This document shows positions 1-10,800 of a stretch of DNA of 64,000 nucleotides, one piece after another; the first letter of the stretch is position 1; each line of letters begins with the position of its first letter. Under the pieces are notes generated by a model. That model searched no databases, was not told the DNA's origin, and saw only the letters and a program-made list of their open reading frames with translations. The translations under genes were made by a program, and so were the position numbers. This DNA comes from Trichoplax adhaerens (Eukaryota > Animalia > Placozoa). The stretch is from NCBI RefSeq assembly GCF_000150275.1, contig NW_002060947.1, positions 1,973,740 through 2,037,739 on the forward strand. Direction: 5' to 3'.

Positions 1-396
1 AAATTGCATATGCTGTATTCAACTTATAAATATTTCAATCAATAAATTTTTATCTAAGGCAAATCAACATAATCAAAGATTATGCGAACTTTGCAAGCAG
101 CTACTATCAATACTATCAATATCATTTAGACTCGTTAATAACGAATCTTAACATTAGATAAGCTATGTAGTTTAAATTGAATAATAGTATACGTATGCTA
201 GATAATATATAATAATACAGTAGATAATGTTATAAAAGGAATAGATTAGATGTTTATACAGTTTTATAACCAGATAGAAAGTAATTAGAAGCAAATACGA
301 GGCAGTTAATAAAGTTGTTTATATTTGACATAATGCCTTATGATATAGGTGACAACATCCATATTATAAATTTATAATAGTCTTAAACCATTTACT

Positions 397-2993
397 TTAG
401 GTATTGGATGGATTATTAGGATCTGAGTCCGCTTCATCATTAGAAAAAGCTGCTTGACGTGTTGATTTCCAACTTAATAATTCTCGTAATGACTCACGGT
501 TATTTATGTTAATGAATTTCATATAATCTTTAGTCATTTTATGAGCCCTTGCGATACCGTACTGCACCCTAGCTTCGTCAAGTACTTCTGTATCTGTCAT
601 TTCCTGAGCAACTTTAAAAGCTTTACCAAAGTATTCCACTGCTTTAGAATAATTGCCCTGTTATTTAGAAATTGTTTCAATAATAAAGAATATAAATGAT
701 AAATCTTGCATTTATAGTAATACCGTTATTGACTAAAAATTAGAAGCTAATACTGCTATAGCAGAACTATTATTACAGATGTCATTACCATTGAGTTAAA
801 AATTCCTCCCAGTTTGGTACAAGCTTTTCCGAATTCTTTCTGCTGATTACATTTTTCTGCTACTGTAGCAAACTTTTCCAAGTTTTTAAAAGTATTCTCT
901 ATGTCGTCTTGACTGATATAAGTAAATAAACAGAAGAATCGTTATTGTTTGCGCTAAATTATTATATTAGCGTTGTTTAGATTGAAGTACTCTATTAGGA
1001 AGAGATGATTAATAAATTACCTTTCGTAACAGCTTGCCATAGCTTCATATGCACGAGCTGCGCCAATATCATCTCCTTCTTGTTGGCATATTTCTAGATA
1101 TGAGTTGTGATACTAATATACAAAATTTAGCTTTAGTCTGGCAATCGATACTTACGTATAACTATTATGATAGCATATTATTAACATTATTAATTATTAC
1201 CGTCAGAGCCATTTGTGGATCTCCATTTTCGCTAAATGCCCGTCCAAGCCTGTAGCTTGTTATTCCTTCAGCATGTTTACTACCACCTGGTAAAATACGA
1301 AATAATAATATCTAAATTTAAGTATACCTTCTCTCACGGTATACGCTTTTATAGTTTTGATTAAATGTTGTACAATAGTGGATGTAAACACTACTATATA
1401 ATAAATACTATGTTAAATCTTACCTTCTTTAGCTACATCGTATGCTTGTAGTAAAAATTTAATACTAACTTCAGAATTTTCCCTTGACGTCTATTAGATA
1501 ATAATCATTTCAATAAAATGGTATCAAACATTTTGAAAAGTAATATTTTATCCTAAAGAAACATTAAATTATAGTAGGGGATACCTTAGCAGCAATTGCT
1601 GTATAAACACGGCATAAATGCTCGCAAGCTAAAGGAAACAATTGTTGGCCATCGTCATTTATCCAGTCACGGTTTTTAGTCAAATTATAAAACTCTTCCA
1701 AGTAGGGTAGTGCTTCATTATTTTCGCCTTCAAAATTGGATACCTTAAAATTAGTTATTGTCTGTTTGTATGCCTAAATACACTATTACTTTGGTAAGTT
1801 TTTAGGCGGATTCGATTCCAATATAAAATCTCGCTCTTACGAAATAATCCGATACAGTTAATAACAGTTTATATTTGCACTAAAATAGGTTGTTCATCTA
1901 GATCTGAATACCTCTATCAACAAGTGAAACTCCGAGATTACAATTTGCTTCACTCTGAGTTTTTCCATCATCATGTTCTATAGTTTGTGCTATCTCAAGG
2001 CATCGAAAATAAAAGTGATCGGAAAGCCAGCTATCGTTATGATTTTCAAAGTAGACAGCTAAGTTTTTTAATTCTCGATAAAGTAAGCCTTGATCATCTA
2101 GATATTATGATTGATAAAAGATAATTTATGGCAGTATTTAGTGGCTTATACAATAATAGTTTCTGTATTTCGCGGATATGAGAGTTGGAATTTAAAATAA
2201 TACTATACCATTTCTTTCTGCATCCTCAGCGCGGCATAATTTTTCGCTTAAATAGCTTAATTTCTCGTGTTCATCCTTAAGCAAAGGTGTCAATGTAGCA
2301 ATAATGTCGTCGCCGAGAGCTTCTCGCTCTTCCTTTTGTCGGTTAATTAACTCGAATATCTCAGCGAATGCTCTGTGGTAACCTTCTTTTAAAATATCCA
2401 TGCATAAATTGTGCATGTAATCGTTGCGATATCTAGGGATAAAAGTAGTTTATACCGTTATTTTGGATTATCTGACTCATCTTTTTGGGTTAAAGTATCA
2501 CTATATCGTTACAATGAAGAAAAATCACTTTTTCTAAGGTAAGTTTAAAATTTTGGCTAAACGAAATATTATTTAAAAGAAGTATCAAAACCAAATTATC
2601 TTAGGTTGGTTATGGCGTAAAATTGAAATGGGATTGATTATGTACATTTTGAAAATAAGTTGTTGTATAAACGCATGAAAAATGAAATAATTACATGTGC
2701 AACAGTTTTGAGATTCATAGTTAAATAATAAAATCAACTACAACTTCGGATAGTATAAGCTAACAAATTTAAGCAATATAAATGAACCTGGCAACATCGA
2801 TCTTTTTGTCGTAGGTTTCCTGTACTACTGGATGTTTTTGTTTCTTTTGCTTGTTATGACCGTTAATTGGCCTTATGTTTCGTGTACTTCGATTGATTGT
2901 ATTTTTATGGGGTGGTGTTGTCGGAGGACTTGGCTTGATATTACTTTTGCCTAAATTTGGATCTATCATAGGCAAGATATTAGTCGACGACAT
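397..2993 (-). CDS. TTC29: Tetratricopeptide repeat protein 29 (cilia/flagella TPR protein), 9 coding exons
   Basis: Hand-spliced exons (minus strand): 2993-2788, 2432-2209, 2097-1912, 1727-1585, 1490-1424, 1286-1201, 1112-1021, 912-789, 657-397. All are GT-AG and frame-consistent. The peptide 'DVARYRNDYMHNLCMDILKEGYHRAFAEIFELI...KLSYLSEKLCRAEDAER...NLAVYFENHNDSWLSDHFYFRCLEIA...ARVQYGIARAH' matches the TTC29 family as I recall it. Confidence 0.88.
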
Positions 2994-3198
2994 CTTGACT
3001 CTTCTTATTACTGCTTTCTTTTTAACTATGCAATTTGGGCTGTGTCTCCTCAAAAGCCTAAAGGTGGCTCTGTATACAAGATACCTATCGCCTTTGCCTA
3101 CTAAACGACCGCGTTATTGTATAGAATTCTTTGCTATCCCCATATCAATTTATCTAACTCCATGAATTACTGATTTGTATCTTATCGAAATTCAATCA

Positions 3199-3212
3199 GT
3201 ATCCATAGCAAC
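3199..3212. promoter_or_regulatory. RFX X-box upstream of TTC29
   Basis: GTATCCATAGCAAC fits the 14-bp X-box consensus GTHNYY-AT-RRNAAC and lies about 205 bp upstream of the start codon of a ciliary gene. Confidence 0.7.
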
Positions 3213-3449
3213 CTTCTCATGATTGATTGTGCATGCGTCGATAGAAGTCCATCGAGCGTGGTCTTAAGACTGCTCTACTACGCAAATCATGCGCCGCGTT
3301 CGAATATTTCCTTATGCAATACTGCATTAGAGAGTGGATAATACCTGAGAATAAGCACGCTACCGAGACTATCTATAACTTGCATATTTCATTAAGTGTT
3401 TTTGTAGCAAATTATAGAAAAAGTGAAACATTCTACTTAAAGTACTGGC

Positions 3450-3511
3450 ATAGCCGGTTAAAGCCCAAAATTCCATTATATTTGTTTTTGATTTGGACTT
3501 TAACTGGCTAT
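3450..3511. repeat. Short inverted repeat (20-bp arms, 2 mismatches)
   Basis: ATAGCCGGTTAAAGCCCAAA (3450-3469) pairs with TTTGGACTTTAACTGGCTAT (3492-3511). Confidence 0.7.
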
Positions 3512-4036
3512 TACACATCATAGCCGAGTTTAAGCTAAATCATATATTGTATGTATACGGTAGATTTGAGTATTAAAAACACACCTTATAAATAATAATG
3601 CCTTAATTTAAAAAAGGTATTGGTGAGTCGAATAATGTTATCAACTTTAGTACTAATTGATATAGTGCTTGATGGACAACTGAGTTGCTAAATGATGCAT
3701 AATTTAATATTGAGTACTCTCGTGGCTAAGATTTTATTTCAAGTAGACATCAGTAAAATCGATAATAATAATTAATAATCAATAATATTTGATATAGTGT
3801 AATTTCGGGGAAATAGAGTTGAATAACTCAGGACTAATCTGATTTTTAACGTTTACTGAATAGGAATCAAGAACGATATATTTCATTGAATGATACTGAT
3901 TATGTTTTCTATTCTTATACTTTGTAACACCAAAGCAAACACTCTAATATCAGACTTGATAAATAAAATATTTAGTAAATGCCAATGAGCTGACAGTTGA
4001 AATGAAGATTGTTAGATCCGACTAAAAGAGAAAATA

Positions 4037-4127
4037 CTGATATCCTGCTGGATAGTTCGCTCAGTTATAAATCCATTTTAAATCAAAATTGGCGAAGTAT
4101 AACATCATCCATCAACAGCACTATCAG
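4037..4127 (-). promoter_or_regulatory. SECIS element in the deiodinase 3' UTR
   Basis: Minus strand reads CTGATA-G-TGCTG-TT-GATGG-[ATGA T]-GTTATA-CTTCG-CCA-ATTTTG-ATT-TAAAAT-GGATT-TATAAC-[TGAG]-CGAA-CTATC-CAGCA-GGA-TATCAG. It has helix I (CTGATA/TATCAG, TGCTG/CAGCA, GATGG/CTATC), an AUGA/UGAG core, helix II (GTTATA/TATAAC) and an apical mini-stem. It lies about 490 nt past the stop codon, with AATAAA further downstream at 3738-3733. Confidence 0.85.
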
Positions 4128-4616
4128 ATAGTTTCATGTGGCATTACGATACCCCTTTTAGGATAGATCAATCAATTGATAAAGTATCGTTATGATACAG
4201 TTAAGTTCGAGTAGATGTTCGTCTACATCTACATAAGTATATTGTACTTACTAGTATTTAAAAATTAAAAATCATCATGACCCATTTGTAGCATAACACA
4301 TATTTTTTCATAATACGTTTTTTACATATTGTAGATGACCTTCCTGTATATACTACACAAATGGCATTATTAACATAATTAATTTAACCGATGTAAAAAG
4401 ACAGGCATGGAAAGCAACTGTCAGCCATTAGATAAGTGGTGACACTATATCGTCCTTTTATAAGAGGTCAATCAACACTATAGCTCATTTCTTGACAATG
4501 TAAGTTAACAATATTAAAGTGATGTTGATTAGTATGCAGCAAGATATGAGTGATCTAAAGTTCGTGTACATAGCTATGCAAGGATAAAATGAAGGAATAT
4601 TTCCCAAGAGAGCTGT

Positions 4617-5363
4617 TTATAATTCTTGTAAATGCGATTCTAATTCGTCTAGATCATAACACATAGGACCTGGGCCACCTTTATAGCTGATTTTACCATC
4701 TCTAATCACGTACAATCTCTCAGGCGTTGCACTATATTCCTTTGCCATGGTATCTTTGATATCATCCACATAAACGGGCAATTTAATGTCGAATCGATCA
4801 ATAAACTGCTTTGCGAGTGACATCCGCTCTTCAAGGACTCTTGGTTTCTTGAAAGACACATCCATACTATCGTTTAAATAATCTAAGGGCCATTCGTCAG
4901 ATGCGTGCGCTTCTTTAATATAGATTAAGATAAATTGTGCTTTATCGGCGTATTTTTTTCCCATTTCATGAAATCGCTGTAGCAGATTGCGATACGGGGG
5001 TCAGCTATAAGACCCAAAATTCAAGACAAAAGTATCCGTTTGAAATTGTTGAAAAATTTCTTTTAAATTAAGCATTTCCCCCTGGATGGAATAGAGTTGA
5101 CCAAGTGGTGCAAGATGATTAGGCTTTAATCTCCCAATACATGGTAAGCAACCGTCCTTGGTGAAATTGATAAACGTTTGTTTGGATAAACTATGAATAA
5201 AACCGGGACTGCCATCTGTTGGTTCTAATGTCTTCAAATACTTTGATCCTTTCCGAAGCTGTTTGGGATAGTGCCATTTAATCAGCATTCCACTTTTAGC
5301 GAATAAGAATGCGCCATAAAAGGCTAAGCACCATGACCAGAGCCAGGATAGGGGATTGGCCAT
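4617..5363 (-). CDS. DIO: Iodothyronine deiodinase-family selenoprotein (248 aa, intronless, Sec at TGA 5001-5003)
   Basis: ORFs 5001..5363 and 4617..4964 are in the same frame. Reading through the TGA gives VLNFGSYS-U-PPYRNLLQRFHEMGKKYADKAQFILIYIKEAHASDEW...PERLYVI...YKGGPGP, matching the deiodinase motifs LNFGSCTUPPF, IYIEEAHxSDGW and ERLY/YxGGxGP. There is a hydrophobic N-terminal anchor and a downstream SECIS. Confidence 0.93.
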
Positions 5364-5441
5364 TATCCAGTAGAAACGACAGTAATCAAATTGTCCGCTG
5401 CTGTATTCTTCGGCTACAAGCGGTCCGTGACCACTGATTGA

Positions 5442-5674
5442 GTATCCTTAAAATGCACTCTTGCTGCCTGTAATTTAAGTCTATTGATAGATATCGTAAA
5501 TATTAGAGCTATCATTATAATTAGTCAAAATCAATAATTTTACTGACTTTGTACTCTGGGTATTCTTAAAATGCACTCTAGCTGCCTGTAATTTAAGTCA
5601 ATTGATAGATATCGTAAATATTAGAGCTATCATTATAATTAGTCCAAGTTAATAATTTTACTGATTTTGTACTC
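5442..5674. repeat. Tandem duplication, 118-bp unit x2, just upstream of the deiodinase start
   Basis: gtatccttaaaatgcactcttgctgcctgtaatttaag... at 5442 recurs as gtattcttaaaatgcactctagctgcctgtaatttaag... at 5560, with few substitutions. Confidence 0.92.
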
Positions 5675-6619
5675 AACATGATTAATTAATGACATCAATG
5701 AGTTAATTGATTGATGATGGCATTCAACCATGATACCACCGGCAATATCGTCTACGATACGATATTATAGTAGTCTAATCCTTCCGCTAGATACGACAAA
5801 TAATGCGTTTCAACTGCTTTTAAGCTGTATTCAGGGTAGACGAGAGGGTCTACAATTACGATTACACTGTCTAAATGGGTGTATATCTCATTTGAAAGTA
5901 ATCACATCAATGTTATAGGCACTAGATTGATTGATAAGTTGATTAGAGGTACAATTGAAATTTCGCAGATCTTTCTGCATATAGTACAGTACAGTACAGT
6001 AGTCATTTTACATCATAAGTGATTGACTACAGGCCGAGCGGATATGATGACGGGCTCATTTCAGTCATCATTTCATTTCAATTGACTGATTCTTGATATC
6101 TTAATTAGGAAAACGTACCTTGTACTGATTTGATTGCCGGTCTGCAAGTGCAAGGATAACGATTGAAGAAAGGATATGCTCTGTAAGTCAACATGTAAAC
6201 AAAGTCGAGCTGTAGAGTGCAAAGTACATGTACGGTACAGTATTGTATTAGGGGTAAGAAGTTGTTCTTCCATGAAAATCAAAATTGATTTTCATCAAGA
6301 AACCCGTAGTATAGTCATGATGCATGATGGTACTGTCCGTGTTAATCAAATGCTGTATTCGACAGTAATTCTCTGATTTAGAGTCGGAAGCTGAACATTT
6401 TACTGGTCTTTGGTTTTGACTGTCAGCTGCTAAAAGGTCGAAGAGATTTGGCGGTCATTTTACTATGCCCCACAAACTCAAAGCAATCTTTTGCAGCGAA
6501 TTTACATGCCAATTGCAGACCGTATAGTGTACCGTTGTAGACATGCGATACAGTCGAAATGATCAATTTTAGTATTGTCAAGCCCGCTTTGCATCCCTCT
6601 CTTTCTTTCTTTTTAGTAC

Positions 6620-6808
6620 AGTAGTCCATGGGCAGAAAAATCATGGACTACTCCATCCAAATTTTCCACCGCCGTGCATCAAAATTGTCACCCCACCGTA
6701 AAAATAGAACAAGGGTTTGTAATGCTAGGGGTGACAATTTTTATCCACAGGAAATTTTTGATTGAGTAGTCCTCGGTAAAATTAACAGTAGTCGTTTTAC
6801 CATGGACT
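6620..6808. repeat. Nested inverted-repeat cassette (MITE-like)
   Basis: AGTAGTCCATG/CATGGACTACT (6620-6652). A long imperfect IR spans 6645-6772, with perfect inner arms AAAATTGTCACCCC/GGGGTGACAATTTT and outer arms GGACTACTC/GAGTAGTCC. GGTAAAA/TTTTACC and CCATGGACT follow near 6800. Confidence 0.65.
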
Positions 6809-7130
6809 TCGAGAAACGAGATTTTATTCTCTCTTATTGATTGATCTTGTACCACTGACTCTCCACCTTTGGTAATTCTAGTTTACTTTCTATTGCTGAA
6901 ACAGTTCCTAACAGGTAGTAAAATAGAATGGGGAATTTACTCAAATAGCTCGCTTTAAAACGGTAAAATAGAATTCCAAAATGCCGGCGACTACAGTGTA
7001 CAGTGTACAGTACTTTACTGTCTACTCTAACTGTTGATCAATGCAGCTGACATTGTGTACCGTAACGGTACTAGCAGCCGCCACAGCGTGTGTTGGGGCC
7101 AATGACGTCATAGTTCCCTTACTGATACAA

Positions 7131-7701
7131 TAGTCAACGACACCCCTTGCTGTATCAGCGACAAGAACCGCGATGGTGGATTGGTTCGGGTACAGGATGG
7201 ACAGACGGTAGAACCGTGTCATACGCACATCCGAGACTGTGCAGTGGCCAGTCTAAATCAAGACTTTATGTCTACCAGTGTGCACAGTTCAACAATAATA
7301 ATAACATGGATCGCAGAATATTGCCAACCAATTAATTAAGCTAATAAACTTGTAGTCAAAAGTCCGTAGAAGGCAGTAGTCGAGCTATTTCCGTCTTTTT
7401 AGTCTACGACACCACTTGCTGTATCAGCGACAAGAACCGCGATGGTACCCGGACCAATCCGGGTACAGGACGGACAGACTGTGGAACCGTGTCATGGTCA
7501 CGTTAGCTAAGCCAGTGAGCCACTTGACCCATCCGAGACTGTGCAGTAGGCAGTCTAAATCAAGACTGTACGTCTACGAGTGTGCACACTTCCATAATAA
7601 TAATAACATGGATCGGAGAACATTGCCAACCAATTAATTAAGCTAATGAACTTGTAGTCAAAAGTCCGTAGAAAGCGGTAGTGGAGCTATTTTTGTCTTT
7701 T
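7131..7701. repeat. Tandem duplication (~270 and ~300 bp copies) immediately upstream of ATP7 copy 1
   Basis: tagtcaacgacaccccttgctgtatcagcgacaagaaccgcgatggt... at 7131 recurs at 7400. Both copies end in ...gagctattt..gtctttt, and the second copy carries about 30 extra bp. Confidence 0.92.
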
Positions 7702-7880
7702 CGTTGTGACTGTTCATTAAGTGAAGACTACATTAATTAGAAGAAAGAGCCTGAAAAGGCAACTACAACGCAAGCTTGTGCTTCCGTTTGAGGGAAAAAG
7801 TGATTGCTACTTACTTTGGTAGCGCGTCTACAGTACAACGGATTGCATCGACGACTTGATTTAGAATTGATTATTGTGCC

Positions 7881-10800
7881 ATGGAGATCGAGAACAACAT
7901 CACTCAAAAGATCCTGGTTACCATCACTGGAATGACTTGCAATTCTTGTGTCAAATCGATCCAGGGCAACGTGGCTACCATGAAAGGTCTTGAAAGCATC
8001 AAGGTTAGTGTTTTGGAATCGTTTTTAGACGGTACTATCCAATTGCGATCGTGGCAAGTTAACCGTTATCATGCTCAATTGTTCACCCTATCTTACGGAT
8101 TGAGCAAATGCTTTCTATTCAACATGTTGATGGATAGCCAAGTGAGAGGAGAAATTTCAATATGTCATGACCGCTATCCTACAGTAACGTCGATGTTTAG
8201 CTTCATGGTTAGAATAATAGGAATCATCCAATCTTGTCGGCATCGTGAGTTACTCTAGTCGATTCAACGAGTGCATCGATAGCCACATCCAATGCTTCCA
8301 TTCAACACCTTCAGTTATAGGCAGTGTTGATTAGGTTGGTTGTCATCATCACCATCCAATCTTGTCGGTATTGGGATTGGATTGAATAACACTTTGATCG
8401 ATAGTCACGTTAGAGTGGAAATCCAATACGTAGTAACCTATATCCCATAGTAACATAGAGTAAGAGTATTATTAATATTACTATCAATTAATCGATACCG
8501 ATTGGACTGGCTGTAGCGATATCCATCATCAAGTGTCGTCCTACTTTAGGAAATGGTTAGGCGATAATCTCAACTTTACCGTATTCGCATGGGCAAAAAA
8601 TGACTAAAAATGACAATATTGTACTGTATACGTATAACATGTATAGTTGAGCAAGTATAGTATACTTGAAAAAAAAAAGCCCGCTGAATGAATTCGTTAT
8701 GATACAACCATTCAAAATTAGATTGAAAATGGCCATCATCAGTTGCTATGAATCGATGATTGGCAAGTACAGTAAATAGCAATTAGACGAGTATAGAATA
8801 TAATCAGTCCAACAATTGGTTGAATCGCTAAATTTTTCATTAAACATGGAGGTAATAATGAAACACTCATGGGCAACGTTACTTGTGCATTAGTGGAATA
8901 CAGTAGTTGTGACTTTTTTCATCAATATACGATTGCAATCATGGTAATAGTTTTGACTCGATCAAGTAATTAATTCATAGACCAACGAGTCAGTTCTAAT
9001 TCACTTTACTACGTTGAAATTGACATCAATTACAATATTGACCGTCCATCTCGTATACGATAGACCATCATCAATGATTCACTTCAAGTTTACCACCTAA
9101 GAATTATTCTAGTCAGGATTAACTTACCGTTGACGATCACATCAATTTGTTGTCATGTCATGTCGGAAAGGAGCTTTTTTTTCGGGGGGGGGGGATAGGA
9201 TAAATCGATTGTTCCCAGGACTGACAATGTTTACCAGTCAATCAAAAAATCTGTTAATCAATATTATGCAATTATTTTTTAATAGGTCTCACTAAGTCAA
9301 GAAGAAGGTGAAATTGCCTACTTTCCTCATCTCATTGATTATCGTGCCATTATCAATGAAATTGAAGATATGGGCTTTGATGCCAAATTAAAATCCAACC
9401 GAATTGATTTACAACTTAAGCTTCAGCCTTTCTCTTTTGACCGGAACCAATTAACACAAAATCTAATGGAAATACATGGTGTAGAAAATTGTAGCATCAA
9501 TGATGAATTAAATGCTCTCATCATACGCTATAATTGTGACTTATTACAATCACATCGCATTCTTATCGATTGCTTTAACAAATTAATGACTATGAAATCA
9601 AATGATAGTCATGATAATTCACCCAAGCAAGCTAGCTTAGCTGTAGTAAGTGTTATTGGAATGACTTGTAACTCATGTGTTAAATCCATCGAAGGAACAT
9701 TATCTGATATGAATGCGATCAAATTTATTGGTGTATCGCTTGAAAAGAAACAAGCTACAGTTCGATATGACAGTAAAGAAATGACAGAAAGAGATATTGT
9801 CGAAAACATCGAAGATATGGGATTTGATGCTACCATTTTACAGGTTTGTCAAGCCAAATGACAATAGCTCTTTCCTAATAAGATCGAATGAACATTATCT
9901 GAATTTAGTGAATAAAAAGTAAATAAAAATTCTATAACAGGAGTTTACTCATCAGATCTATTCTTATTCTATTTTCTGTAAAAAAACAACAGCTATTGCT
10001 GTTATAGTAAATTGCTAGATGTAGATCGGAAATACTCTTACTAATACATTTCTATCGTACAGTACTACTAATTATTCAGCTAAGAATAATGTACTTCTCC
10101 AATGGCATCTAATATTGTCATAATCAATCCGCCAACTTACAGTATTGGAATATGCCCATTGATTGACACGGAAACGATGATGCTTTGTAGTAGCCACGTC
10201 ATAATGTTTAATGGAAATAGTTTTTTAAGCTGTATTCTTGGATACTACTCCACAGTCTATGCTGCAGCTAATGTTTAATTTCCTAATTTATCAACTCCAT
10301 TTTCATCCTACCCAATCAAAATACACATATGCGTGAACACTTTCAGCGTCATCAATATTGCTGCAACGATTTTAAAAGCAACATTATCCTTTTAGTTTAA
10401 CTTTGAAATCAATCCATCTATTTTCTAATCCTGAATCATCATAAAAAACATAATTAGAATAGTAGACAAATTTTTTTTTTATCTATTTCATTATATAGAC
10501 CGAAACTAACAATGTAACATACACTGTGATGGAAATTGAAGGAATGAGTTGTAATTCTTGTGTGCAACACATTGAAAGCACTGTCATCGATCTACCTGGT
10601 ATTTACTACATTCGTGTTTCACTACAGCAACGCAAGGCCGATATCTTTTATGCTCATGGTCATGTTACTGTTGCACAAATTTCTGAAGTTATAACTGACG
10701 CTGGATTTGATGTAAAGATTAAATCGGATGAAAACAATATCAGTGGTACGACGGTTAAAATGATCTGCTTATAGTTCAATAAAATATTACTAAACAGAAT

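Noticed and set aside
2875-3165. Hydrophobic 96-aa plus-strand ORF
   Set aside because: It is the antisense shadow of the Lys/Asn/Pro-rich TTC29 exon 1 and matches no recognisable family.
4441-4490. Alternative SECIS candidate (minus strand ATGAGCTATAG...)
   Set aside because: It lacks the 3' NGAN core and a supporting helix I. The 4037-4127 structure is far better.
5001-5003. TGA as a nonsense mutation or as the end of a separate 120-aa gene
   Set aside because: It aligns to the deiodinase Sec position, the frame continues into the rest of the fold, and a SECIS is present.
5984-7013. A 1-kb Tc1-like element bounded by TACAGTAGTC...GACTACAGTGTA
   Set aside because: The terminal match is only about 6 bp, TACAGT motifs are common throughout the window, and there is no transposase remnant.
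7147-7637. Two similar short ORFs (MLYQRQEPRW...)
   Set aside because: They have TTG starts and their similarity is explained by the DNA tandem duplication. No coding signature was recognised.
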